From a virus: a stretch of DNA of 64,000 nt. A program made the position numbers and the translations under genes. Below the pieces are notes generated by a model. That model ran no database searches and was not told the DNA's origin. It saw only the letters and a list, made by a program, of their open reading frames with translations. The stretch lies in the IMG/VR virus record IMGVR_UViG_3300022919_000004, positions 9,315 to 73,314 of that record. The stretch is one strand, 5' to 3'. Positions 1 to 8,084 of the stretch are shown one piece after another. How positions within the stretch are numbered: the first letter of the stretch is position 1; each line of letters starts with the position of its first letter.

Positions 1-389
1 ACAACCGCTTCAGGAGTTGCATCTGACACAATGGTTTTTATAAGCGCACCAGGTGTTTTGCCTTTGTTCTCGTCGTTTGATTCAAAGTCTTTTAGGTATG
101 CCTGGTAACTTTTATAAATTTCACGTTCTTTTTTTTCGATTGGATCTAATGCCCACGTCAAAGGCGCGGACTTATTTACGCCTGGAGTTCCTACCAATGC
201 AAGGAATATATTGCACCGCTCCTTCCAACTATCAGTGACTTTGATAGAAAAAGTGTTACCGATTGCTGTTGCGGATGTGCATAAAATTGACGAAGCAAGA
301 AAATCGGGATGGAAACGGTTTGTTTCGCAAACTTCTAAGATAATATCCTGCATGTTTTTTGGGAAAAATGATAGTGGGAACTTAGACAT
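1..389 (-). CDS. DUF3987/YfjI-like P-loop replication protein (N-terminal part; runs off the window edge)
   Basis: Manually translated, absent from ORF track: MSKFPLSFFPKNMQ...WKERCNIFLALVGTPGVNKSAPL...SDATPEAV; Walker-A-like GxPGxxKS and DATPEA motif. Confidence 0.6.
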   Translation of the reverse strand, partial: MSKFPLSFFPKNMQDIILEVCETNRFHPDFLASSILCTSATAIGNTFSIKVTDSWKERCNIFLALVGTPGVNKSAPLTWALDPIEKKEREIYKSYQAYLKDFESNDENKGKTPGALIKTIVSDATPEAV

Positions 390-741
390 TTTTTGCCCCC
401 CAAACTAATAAATTATAACCTGTTGTAGCTTTATTAAGTAGGTTTGGGTTTATTAACCTCATAGCTGAAATAACAGATCTTTCAGAAAATCTCGCATCAT
501 GGTCGCTGTAACAGTGCGACACCAAATAACACTTATCAAAAACCTTTTTGTTATTGCCTTCTCTATGTTTTTTTACCCTTGTTTTTATATTTGTTGACTG
601 ACCAACATAAATTGGTATATCGCCATTAAATAGGATATAAATAAAAATAGGTTTTATCTTCGTTTCCCTGAACGTTATATGCCCTTCATCGGCAACAAAG
701 AATTCTGTTTGGGATAAATATTCAATATCTGTAATTACCAT
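382..741 (-). CDS. GIY-YIG nuclease-domain protein
   Basis: YILF...IYVGQSTNIKTRVKKH motif. Confidence 0.7.
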   Translation of the reverse strand: MVITDIEYLSQTEFFVADEGHITFRETKIKPIFIYILFNGDIPIYVGQSTNIKTRVKKHREGNNKKVFDKCYLVSHCYSDHDARFSERSVISAMRLINPNLLNKATTGYNLLVWGAKNV

Positions 742-765
742 TTGTAAAATTTTAAAGCCTAAAAA

Positions 766-924
766 TTATTTAACTATTATAAGAGTAGTGCCTTGAACTT
801 CTATTGTTTTAAGTTCCCTGGTCTTTATCAAGTAATCGATCCTTACCCTGTTGATACCAAATTTTTTGTGATATTCTGACTTAGTATATAGTCTTTTAGG
901 GTCAATGGTTATGTTTTTATCCAT
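766..924 (-). CDS. small basic DNA-binding protein (excisionase/HTH-like), 52 aa
   Basis: Manual: MDKNITIDPKRLYTKSEYHKKFGINRVRIDYLIKTRELKTIEVQGTTLIIVK; preceded by TAAATTAG-CATT-ATG. Confidence 0.5.
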   Translation of the reverse strand: MDKNITIDPKRLYTKSEYHKKFGINRVRIDYLIKTRELKTIEVQGTTLIIVK

Positions 925-1010
925 AATGCTAATTTACAAAATGTAAATCTATAAAGCAAATAAATAGTAAAAATTCTCCTTTACAGACTTTATTTCGGAT
1001 GTTGTCATAA

Positions 1011-1739
1011 CTAATGGTTGGCTTCATAGAACGCCCAACAAAATCCTATTGGGGTTATGCTTCGTAACTCTTTTGTGCGTTCTGATTTACCGCCATACAA
1101 TTTCCAGCCCGGATTTTCCTTAAATGGCGGAATAATGGGCCGCTTTACAGGATCATTGAATTTACCCCATAGCCATGTTTGTTTGTTATATGCGTTAAGT
1201 TCTAAAATTACGCTCAGCTCTTTTTTTGTCAAGTCTTCAAATTTTTTATGTTTAGCATAAAAAAATAAGATCATTTTTTCCATGCCCGGATTTGGAACAG
1301 AATAATAAAAATCACACGGATTGAATTTAAATTTAACCTTACCTAACCAAGGGTTAAGGGTGTGTATTCTACTCATCGGATTTTCGACCTGCCAAAACTG
1401 TAAAAGTCCCGTTGCATCAAAGAAATCAATAATATCCTTATTCCGTTGGACTAGCTTTTGACTGAATTGAGTACTGCCGTCATTGTCTTTTCTTGCAAAA
1501 TGCCTAGCTCCAGAAATAGCAAAATCAGTGCAGGGCGTAGGACAAATAATACCAATCTTTTCAATATAGTCACCTTTTAATTTCAATAACTCACAAACAT
1601 CAGCATAGAAATTTTTATAATCCCATGTTAAAATATCTATCCCGTGTTTTAGTTCTACCTGTTTAACAAACCAACCGTTTTGTCTGTATGGCAAAGATTG
1701 ATTGCCGGAGTGATCGTAAAGAGATATCAATAGTTTCAT
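1011..1739 (-). CDS. phage C5-cytosine DNA methyltransferase-like protein
   Basis: ISLYDHSGN (motif I-like), PTPCTDFAISGAR (catalytic PC), VENP, RSITP; ATG 1739 preferred over 1784. Confidence 0.75.
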   Translation of the reverse strand: MKLLISLYDHSGNQSLPYRQNGWFVKQVELKHGIDILTWDYKNFYADVCELLKLKGDYIEKIGIICPTPCTDFAISGARHFARKDNDGSTQFSQKLVQRNKDIIDFFDATGLLQFWQVENPMSRIHTLNPWLGKVKFKFNPCDFYYSVPNPGMEKMILFFYAKHKKFEDLTKKELSVILELNAYNKQTWLWGKFNDPVKRPIIPPFKENPGWKLYGGKSERTKELRSITPIGFCWAFYEANH

Positions 1740-1877
1740 ATATATAAACTTAAAAGCCCCTTCAAAATTTCTATAGCGTCTCACTTCTATATCCGTTTAT
1801 CATGGGTCTGATTAAAATTTCTTATTATTGTTGTGAGACGACATTACAATGATAGTTATAAAAGGCCGAATCGAAAT

Positions 1878-1893
1878 GTAGTATTGTTGTTAC
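1878..1893. promoter_or_regulatory. palindromic box GTAGTA-TTGT-TGTTAC upstream of the C5-MTase
   Basis: Matches recurring GTAACA-N4-TGTTAC; overlaps TACATTTC -7-like element on - strand. Confidence 0.55.
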
Positions 1894-1945
1894 AACTCCC
1901 TCTTAACCTCGCCTCGTTTAACCATGCCCCGGATCGAACTTTCGG

Positions 1946-2125
1946 TTAACTTCGCCCGTTTATCCCCTCGTTTCGTAAACGGTTTAGCGCATAGTCGCCT
2001 ATACGAATACGGAGCAGTTCATTTTTATGGTTCTGAGCCAATATCATTAACTGGCTTCTGATCTGCCTGTACTCGATTGACTCGGTACGCTCGGCTAAGA
2101 TTGTTGATAATAGTTTTTTAGGCAT
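1946..2125 (-). CDS. hypothetical protein, 59 aa
   Basis: Manual: MPKKLLSTILAERTESIEYRQIRSQL...; TAATG coupling to upstream gene. Confidence 0.55.
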   Translation of the reverse strand: MPKKLLSTILAERTESIEYRQIRSQLMILAQNHKNELLRIRIGDYALNRLRNEGINGRS

Positions 2126-2343
2126 TACTCTGACCCTATTTTAATGATAAATAAAACCGTGGTATGACTTGCTAACAATCTTAACCCTATTTGCTGTAAT
2201 TCGAAAACAGTAGGATTGAAAGATGATTTTTCTGTAGAATGTTCGTATTTTACAGTAATACTTGTTTTTGTTGAAGTGATAACCGTTCCGCTTCTTTTGG
2301 TTTTGTCAGAGATGATATCCCCTACTTCTGCTAATTTTGCCAT
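2125..2343 (-). CDS. hypothetical protein
   Basis: ORF track; TAATG-coupled on both sides. Confidence 0.6.
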   Translation of the reverse strand: MAKLAEVGDIISDKTKRSGTVITSTKTSITVKYEHSTEKSSFNPTVFELQQIGLRLLASHTTVLFIIKIGSE

Positions 2344-2678
2344 TATACTTTTGATTTTAAGGTTATTGTTTTTGTATTTTCTGATTCTCTTAATTTGAAG
2401 CCTTTACGGATTATTTGGTTGACCTTTCCGTACGGCAATTCTCTCACCCTGGCGATTTCCGTCATCGGTAATATACGCCCGAAATAGTCTTCCATTATAT
2501 CGCCATACGTTTGATTTAAGATAGGTTCTTTTCTCAAACCCATCTTGTATACCAATCTGCGTAAAGTATCAACATGACAGCCTATAGCCATCGATATTGC
2601 GCCGTACGTTTCGGTCTTGTAGTTCTTCATTAAATAGTCTGCGTCCTTGTCTGTGAATATGAATTTCGGTCTTGCCAT
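2343..2678 (-). CDS. HTH-containing regulator
   Basis: TYGAISMAIGCHVDTLRRLVYKMGL HTH-like; ends TITLKSKV like 44470 gene. Confidence 0.55.
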   Translation of the reverse strand: MARPKFIFTDKDADYLMKNYKTETYGAISMAIGCHVDTLRRLVYKMGLRKEPILNQTYGDIMEDYFGRILPMTEIARVRELPYGKVNQIIRKGFKLRESENTKTITLKSKV

Positions 2679-2781
2679 CTACCCCCAAAGGCCGGATCAA
2701 TGTCCAGCCGTTTGAAGTGTAAGAAGATATTTAAATTTATTTGTTTCGCCTAACTACTCTGATCCGGTTAGGCTTGCGGAG

Positions 2782-3426
2782 TTAAAATTCAAGTCGTTTT
2801 ATCTCTGATTCAATAGAGCTTTCAATACTAATAGCTTTACCCCTAGCTATAGCAGCCCATTCATTCACTGTTTTCCATACTGGCTTTGCTTTAGTGCCTA
2901 AGTTAACTACAGATTGACGACCGATAGACCTAATGAACATAGGGAATTTAGATTCCGGCCTAAATGATTCAAAATAAAGCCTTTCTAGTGTAGGTATCAC
3001 CGTAAAGTAATGCACACACTGGTGTATGTTATCGAGCGGTATCCCGCCGCCACGCAAAGACTGAACGTGTTTTTTAGGTGCCGGACATTTAATTTCACAG
3101 GCAAACTTCAAGTCTTTAGTTATCCCATCTGGAGATATACCTAAAACGCTTATATCTGACTGTAGCCATCCGCATTCTATAAAAGGTATAGATGTGTACT
3201 CTACCAATTTTTGACGCGCTACGGGCTCTAATTCTGTGCCTCTTTGCATATCTGCTGATTCGTATCCGTCTGACAATTCAAATTCTTCCAAGTGTTCCCC
3301 TATCAATTGATCTAATAGCGTGTCTGAGTCAACAAATAAACCTTTAGATGTTGAACCACCTATTTTTCTGTACCTTATGCGGTGCCATTCCTCTGTGCCT
3401 TGCACAATATCCCAATGCGCTACCAT
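2782..3426 (-). CDS. YqaJ/lambda-exonuclease family protein
   Basis: QGTEEWHRIRYRKIGGS, RGTELEPVAR, SPDG, EIKCP. Confidence 0.85.
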   Translation of the reverse strand: MVAHWDIVQGTEEWHRIRYRKIGGSTSKGLFVDSDTLLDQLIGEHLEEFELSDGYESADMQRGTELEPVARQKLVEYTSIPFIECGWLQSDISVLGISPDGITKDLKFACEIKCPAPKKHVQSLRGGGIPLDNIHQCVHYFTVIPTLERLYFESFRPESKFPMFIRSIGRQSVVNLGTKAKPVWKTVNEWAAIARGKAISIESSIESEIKRLEF

Positions 3427-3956
3427 TATGATGGAAGTGATAATTTAAGTTCATCCTTTTTAGCAAGCACAGATGGGATATTTTTTTCTGCAGGAGTTAA
3501 GGCAGTCCACACATCCGCAAGCTGTTGTTTTGTTGTTACCGATCCCAATGATTTTAACGCTGCGTCCGGTGATATTTGAGCTGGTGGGTAATACTTTTTA
3601 AACGCCACAATATGACCATGTCTTTTATCAGGCTTTGCATACATAACAAAAGGCAAACCATACCAATCTTCTAAGTAAATAGATCCACCGGATTCTTTCG
3701 TTAAGAACTCAGCGCGTCCTACATTTAAAAGGCAAGGCTTATAGATTGTTTTGCCAGTTTCTAAATCCTTTAGCCATAGACTGGTTTTAGTAATTTCCTG
3801 CTGTAGTTTTTGATCGAATGCAGGGGCATCTTCCTGCTTTTCAATACTCACTACCATTTCTTTTTTTAAGCCCTTAAGGCCGAGTAATAAATCTTCCCCG
3901 CTAATGTAGCGTTTGTCCAGGTTCTTGCGCCATGGTGTCTTTGTCTGTTCAGTCAT
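3426..3956 (-). CDS. probable single-strand annealing partner of the exonuclease
   Basis: Coupled to exonuclease; distant similarity to 45629-46132 (KT.W.K...Y/ED W.G). Confidence 0.45.
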   Translation of the reverse strand: MTEQTKTPWRKNLDKRYISGEDLLLGLKGLKKEMVVSIEKQEDAPAFDQKLQQEITKTSLWLKDLETGKTIYKPCLLNVGRAEFLTKESGGSIYLEDWYGLPFVMYAKPDKRHGHIVAFKKYYPPAQISPDAALKSLGSVTTKQQLADVWTALTPAEKNIPSVLAKKDELKLSLPS

Positions 3957-4008
3957 CTTATTTTTATTTGGTGGAGCATCATTGCTCGGTGTTCAATTCT
4001 TTACTTAA

Positions 4009-4164
4009 TTAAATCATATAAGGCTTAATAATATTGCTGATCCCATACGACAAAGCGGCACCCATTTCTTTACCTGTTTCAGTTTTAAATTCTGCCTTTG
4101 ACATTTCAATAAAATGATCGAATATTTTACTGATTAATGCTTTGTCGTGTTCTGTGTTGGTCAT
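4009..4164 (-). CDS. small hypothetical protein, premature stop relative to its homologue
   Basis: Homologue of 46134-46316; ATT TAA TTA here versus ATT GAA TTA there. Confidence 0.5.
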   Translation of the reverse strand: MTNTEHDKALISKIFDHFIEMSKAEFKTETGKEMGAALSYGISNIIKPYMI

Positions 4165-4219
4165 CTTCAAATTTACTTATTAACCCTATGATTTACCTGT
4201 TTTTGGTGTAACGTGTTCG

Positions 4220-5041
4220 TTACTGTAGTGATTTGTAGGCTGCGTAGATTTCTTCTAAATCAAGTTTGCTGTATACAAAAGATCTATCATCTGATTTAGC
4301 TACTGTATTGAACCCATTTTCTGTTACGGTAATGGTTACGGTGTTGTGCTCAAATACAATCTCCTTAGGTTTATTCTGCTCTTTACAAAACTTCTCCGCG
4401 GCTTCTTTGGTGGAGAATGATTTATGGTCGACTGTATCACGTATTGAATATGGATTAGCAACATGTAAATTTAGTGATCCGCGTTCCGTTTGAAGTAATT
4501 TAACACTCCATTTTTTAAATATTGGATTCAATTCTGCTACCCAATGCTCATCCCCCTCATAAATCGGCACGCCGTCCTCACTCGTAAGAACGAATACCGG
4601 CGGCTTGATACCTACTTCAGCGGCAAAGTCTGCGAAGTCCACTACTCTTGTTCCGTCAATAATAGTATGATAACACTCGTCTGAATACATAACAGCATTT
4701 GGTAATGTCATATCTCCTAGTGGTTCTTTTGATGACGGCGTGTGTCCAGAACACCACCTCCACCCTTTCTCCGCATAATGTTCCATCAGCAACTTAAACT
4801 CACGCTCGTTATTGACAGCTATTGCACATTTGCCTGATAGGATGCTTGCGGGTACTATTGTCGCCCAACCATGTTGGCTGTAAATAATATGATCATTTCC
4901 TGAACATCTTATTTTTTCTGTATCATCAAAATAAAATGACCCAGTAGAATCGAAAACGCTATCAATTGTTTTCGACTTAAACTTAGTGCCCTTAGGATAA
5001 TTCTCATAAGCATATTTCAGCAATTCGTGTTTCTTTTTCAT
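4220..5041 (-). CDS. multi-module hypothetical early protein
   Basis: Starts MKKKHELL; homologous to 46366-47190. Confidence 0.7.
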   Translation of the reverse strand: MKKKHELLKYAYENYPKGTKFKSKTIDSVFDSTGSFYFDDTEKIRCSGNDHIIYSQHGWATIVPASILSGKCAIAVNNEREFKLLMEHYAEKGWRWCSGHTPSSKEPLGDMTLPNAVMYSDECYHTIIDGTRVVDFADFAAEVGIKPPVFVLTSEDGVPIYEGDEHWVAELNPIFKKWSVKLLQTERGSLNLHVANPYSIRDTVDHKSFSTKEAAEKFCKEQNKPKEIVFEHNTVTITVTENGFNTVAKSDDRSFVYSKLDLEEIYAAYKSLQ

Positions 5042-5042
5042 T

Positions 5043-5204
5043 TTATCTTGTTTTAGTTGTTTCCCACTGACTATTACTAACCTTAACACACCCGCATCTA
5101 TCCAGGCAACATAAAGCTACCATAACGATTACCATTGCAGCCACGTACTGAACGAACGGTATTGGGCGCGTGTTGGTGTCTTGTTTTATGTATTGGGGTT
5201 TCAT
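5043..5204 (-). CDS. small single-TM protein, 53 aa
   Basis: Manual: MKPQYIKQDTNTRPIPFVQYVAAMVIVMVALCCL...; homologue at 47192-47356. Confidence 0.6.
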   Translation of the reverse strand: MKPQYIKQDTNTRPIPFVQYVAAMVIVMVALCCLDRCGCVKVSNSQWETTKTR

Positions 5205-5593
5205 AGGAGTTCTTGATTTTGATGGATGTTGCCGATTACTTCAGTCGTTCCGCTTATAAATGATGATGTTTGCATATCTGCCGTTGATTCATAGAAAACA
5301 ATATTTTCCTTATTTAAATCATCTTGATGCGTGTTGATTGCTAAACCTCCGGGAACGATAAACACTTTAAACTTGCGAGTACCATCGCTTAAGATATCCC
5401 CCTCATAAATCTCAACACCGTTCTTGTCTTTAAGTCCGGTGAATTGCATGACTTCTACTGGCTGACCTTGTGATAAATAAACTAAACAATCACCAGGTTT
5501 ATCATCAAATAACATTTGAGCAGGTACACCATCATATTTGCCTTTTGATGGGTGTCCTTCATGCCACGCCCTAAACTTAATTACCCTAGTCAT
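5201..5593 (-). CDS. YopX family protein
   Basis: IKFRAW...MQFTGLKDKNGVEIYEGDIL...EVIGNIHQN. Confidence 0.85.
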   Translation of the reverse strand: MTRVIKFRAWHEGHPSKGKYDGVPAQMLFDDKPGDCLVYLSQGQPVEVMQFTGLKDKNGVEIYEGDILSDGTRKFKVFIVPGGLAINTHQDDLNKENIVFYESTADMQTSSFISGTTEVIGNIHQNQELL

Positions 5594-5810
5594 TGACAGT
5601 CTCCTTTCCGGCTAAATATATAGCCCTAATCAGTGTGCCACGACATGCGTGTCTAATGGCAAAAAGCTTCTTTACCTCCGCTGGCTTTTCGCTCGGCATA
5701 AGTTTAAAATATTCATTTGATTCGATGCCTTTAAAGTTTGCATCTGCTTCCTCAAAATTCGCTATTGCTCTGTTGAGGTGTTCGATTGATTGTTTTAAGT
5801 TTTCTAGCAT
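5586..5810 (-). CDS. hypothetical protein
   Basis: Close homologue at 47522-47749. Confidence 0.7.
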   Translation of the reverse strand: MLENLKQSIEHLNRAIANFEEADANFKGIESNEYFKLMPSEKPAEVKKLFAIRHACRGTLIRAIYLAGKETVND

Positions 5811-5814
5811 GGTG

Positions 5815-6069
5815 TTACCCTTTAACTATTACTTCGTTATAAAATCTGTTAGTTACTTTTTCCCAGTTCTCATCTAGGTATTCCGAGGCTGTTTGTGTTT
5901 CGACAACTGCCGAGGTACATACCCCTGTTGCTTGCCATTCCATATTCAAGCCTAGGCATTCGATCCATTGCAGTACATCGTTTTCCAGTGCCAGTCTATC
6001 CCCCTTTTCGGTAATGAACTTGATTACCTTTGAATTTACTGCCTGTTCGGCTATTACTAATTTGCTCAT
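5815..6069 (-). CDS. first leftward early gene, hypothetical
   Basis: Starts MSKLVIAEQ; C-terminus shared with 47981-48262. Confidence 0.65.
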   Translation of the reverse strand: MSKLVIAEQAVNSKVIKFITEKGDRLALENDVLQWIECLGLNMEWQATGVCTSAVVETQTASEYLDENWEKVTNRFYNEVIVKG

Positions 6070-6178
6070 AGTGTTTTGTTTTGTTAGGACAATGTTACGG
6101 AGTATAAACGACATTACCAAATAATAATTAAAATAAAATAAATTAGTTATTATCAACTATTGTGTTTACATTTGCTTT

Positions 6179-6367
6179 ATGGAAGAATTAAAGAGCAGAT
6201 CGCAAATTAAACGTGAGACGTTGTATGCGAATATAAAAGAAAGATGGGCTTTATTATATAAGCCAGGAGAGACACAAAAAACACCTGTAGCCGAAAGTAT
6301 AGCAGAAGAGTTTGAAACGTCTCTAAGCACAGTAAACAGGATTGTAGGTAATATTAAAGGTAAATAG
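6179..6367 (+). CDS. small HTH regulator (repressor/Cro position)
   Basis: VAESIAEEFETSLSTVNRIV HTH; divergent from early operon; TACATTTG-CTTT-ATG. Confidence 0.6.
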   Translation: MEELKSRSQIKRETLYANIKERWALLYKPGETQKTPVAESIAEEFETSLSTVNRIVGNIKGK

Positions 6368-6369
6368 CG

Positions 6370-6549
6370 ATGGAGAACACATTCCACATTAGATTTCTTA
6401 TAGACAAATATCAAAAACAGATAGATAACTTAAAATGGCATATTGAAACAAACAAGCCTCAAATAGACGAACGTTTAAAATGTATGCAAAGAATTTCTGA
6501 CTTTAGTGATGTTGTTTATGATTTAAAACAGTTAACTGACCGATCATGA
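6370..6549 (+). CDS. hypothetical protein, 59 aa
   Basis: Manual: MENTFHIRFLIDKYQKQIDNLKW...; ATGA coupling. Confidence 0.55.
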   Translation: MENTFHIRFLIDKYQKQIDNLKWHIETNKPQIDERLKCMQRISDFSDVVYDLKQLTDRS

Positions 6550-6626
6550 AAACCACACACGCAGCAATAGCATTAATTTGCATCGGACTTTTGGTTTGGG
6601 TTGTGAAATATATGGAGATGATATGA
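6546..6626 (+). CDS. 26-aa single-TM microprotein
   Basis: MKTTHAAIALICIGLLVWVVKYMEMI; conserved at 48942-49022; ATGA-coupled at both ends. Confidence 0.6.
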   Translation: MKTTHAAIALICIGLLVWVVKYMEMI

Positions 6627-6949
6627 AAACAGCAGAAGAGATATTTAATGAATCTGGTAAAGCTGGTATGGCTTGTGAATTTGGGTATAATGCCGATGTT
6701 ATATCTTTACCAGTAGCTATAGAATTAGCCGAAATTTATGCTAATCAGAGTAAGTGGATAAGTGTTGAGGATAGGTTGCCGGAAGACAACAAGACTCAAA
6801 ATATTTTGATAAATGGAGACAGAAATTCAAGTCATCACATCTATTATTCAGCGGGCTACGATATAATTTACAAAAAATGGTACAATCCTTTCGGATATGA
6901 AGTAGAAGAAAATGTTACCCACTGGCAACCATTACCTAATAACCAATGA
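6623..6949 (+). CDS. DUF551-type protein
   Basis: KWISVEDRLPE...VTHWQPLP; true start 6623. Confidence 0.75.
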   Translation: MKTAEEIFNESGKAGMACEFGYNADVISLPVAIELAEIYANQSKWISVEDRLPEDNKTQNILINGDRNSSHHIYYSAGYDIIYKKWYNPFGYEVEENVTHWQPLPNNQ

Positions 6950-7116
6950 AACCCCGCACAGTAAAGGTAATATCTAAAACAGGCAAAATGTATTACCGTT
7001 GCATTAAGGGCAAACGTATGAAACGAAAAACACCAGATAAGGCATTATTTACAGAAGAGATAACTGTAGATGAATTTATAGAATTGAGATTAAAGCCCCT
7101 CCAAAACCCGGCCTAA
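6946..7116 (+). CDS. basic hypothetical protein, 56 aa
   Basis: Manual: MKPRTVKVISKTGKMYYRC...; ATGA coupling; 3' overlap with convergent gene. Confidence 0.5.
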   Translation: MKPRTVKVISKTGKMYYRCIKGKRMKRKTPDKALFTEEITVDEFIELRLKPLQNPA

Positions 7117-7296
7117 CAGATCAGTAACATTCTGTCCCAACTTCCTTGCTAAAAACGGCTTAATCAAAGGCCATACAGCAAGGAAAAGCAAACGTTTAAC
7201 CCACCCCAATTTAGCTTCTTTAGCTAGATCCTGGGGTGTTACGTTTTCTAGTAAATCCACGTCGGCAACTAGTGATTCTATTTCGGAGCGTCTCAT
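7090..7296 (-). CDS. last lysis-operon gene, amphipathic cationic 68 aa
   Basis: KLGWVKRLLFLAVWPLIKPFLARKLG; near-identical copy at 49351-49557. Confidence 0.65.
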   Translation of the reverse strand: MRRSEIESLVADVDLLENVTPQDLAKEAKLGWVKRLLFLAVWPLIKPFLARKLGQNVTDLLGRVLEGL

Positions 7297-7532
7297 TTGT
7301 CGTCCTCCTTAACTACACCTGTCATCCTGCCTAATCCCCATACAACGAAATCCAAAGCCTTTAATACAAGTGCTATTTCAAACTTTGAACTATCAGCTAC
7401 TAAATGAGTAGCAGCAACCCATATAGTGATCGCAGTTGTTAATATTGTCGTAGTCCTAAATGCGTAGGTCATCCACTTTGGCGTAACTCCTGTTATTGCC
7501 GCAGCGGTACCGAATTGTGTTTTTGTCTCCAT
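7293..7532 (-). CDS. 2-TM holin-like protein
   Basis: Two hydrophobic segments, charged C-terminus, lysis context. Confidence 0.55.
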   Translation of the reverse strand: METKTQFGTAAAITGVTPKWMTYAFRTTTILTTAITIWVAATHLVADSSKFEIALVLKALDFVVWGLGRMTGVVKEDDK

Positions 7533-7538
7533 GTTCTT

Positions 7539-8069
7539 TTATGATAATCTACTTTCTTTTACTTGTTTTATAGATAAACCTATTATTTTCATTTCTTCAT
7601 GCGTGAAATTATCCATTCTTGCTACATTACATTCTATGCAACAAGGCACACAGTTTGATCTTATGTGACCCAGGCTGTTGTTTAGTCTATCAAAACCAGT
7701 GGAAGGAAAACCACAGTAAGCGCATGCGTGTTTTCTAACTTCAAGTATGTCGTGTTTTGTTATGTCTGTTTGATGCCCTCTATCCTTATCATACTTCTTA
7801 TAAGCCGAAGCTAAACCTATAGCTCTACCCATAGGAGTAGCCCTATACGCCGCACCAATTTCCGCATGTTTAGCTTTTTGCTCTGTAGTATATGCCGCGT
7901 ACCTTCCAGTCCTTGGGTTTTTATCATACTTCGCCTTTGACCTTATTTTTTCGCAGACCCTGCACCCATACATAAAGCCTCCGGGTCTGCTTTTATCTGA
8001 ATGAAAATTTTCACTTGTTAAATCTTTTACAGTCTTGCATATTGTGCATTTTCTTTCTGTTTTTATCAT
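7539..8069 (-). CDS. HNH/His-Me finger homing-endonuclease-like protein
   Basis: CTIC...CRVC, CAYCG...DRLNNSLGHIRSNCVPCCIECN; absent from the second unit. Confidence 0.7.
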   Translation of the reverse strand: MIKTERKCTICKTVKDLTSENFHSDKSRPGGFMYGCRVCEKIRSKAKYDKNPRTGRYAAYTTEQKAKHAEIGAAYRATPMGRAIGLASAYKKYDKDRGHQTDITKHDILEVRKHACAYCGFPSTGFDRLNNSLGHIRSNCVPCCIECNVARMDNFTHEEMKIIGLSIKQVKESRLS

Positions 8070-8084
8070 CAACAAATATAATAA

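Noticed and set aside
53-408. Plus-strand ORFs 53-238 and 211-408
   Set aside because: Shadows of the minus-strand DUF3987-like gene
6578-6622. ORF-track N-terminal extensions MHRTFGLG... (also 48974) and other long upstream starts (51863, 44754, 40822, 28520)
   Set aside because: They overlap better-supported micro-ORFs, promoters or hairpins; homologue comparison supports downstream ATGs
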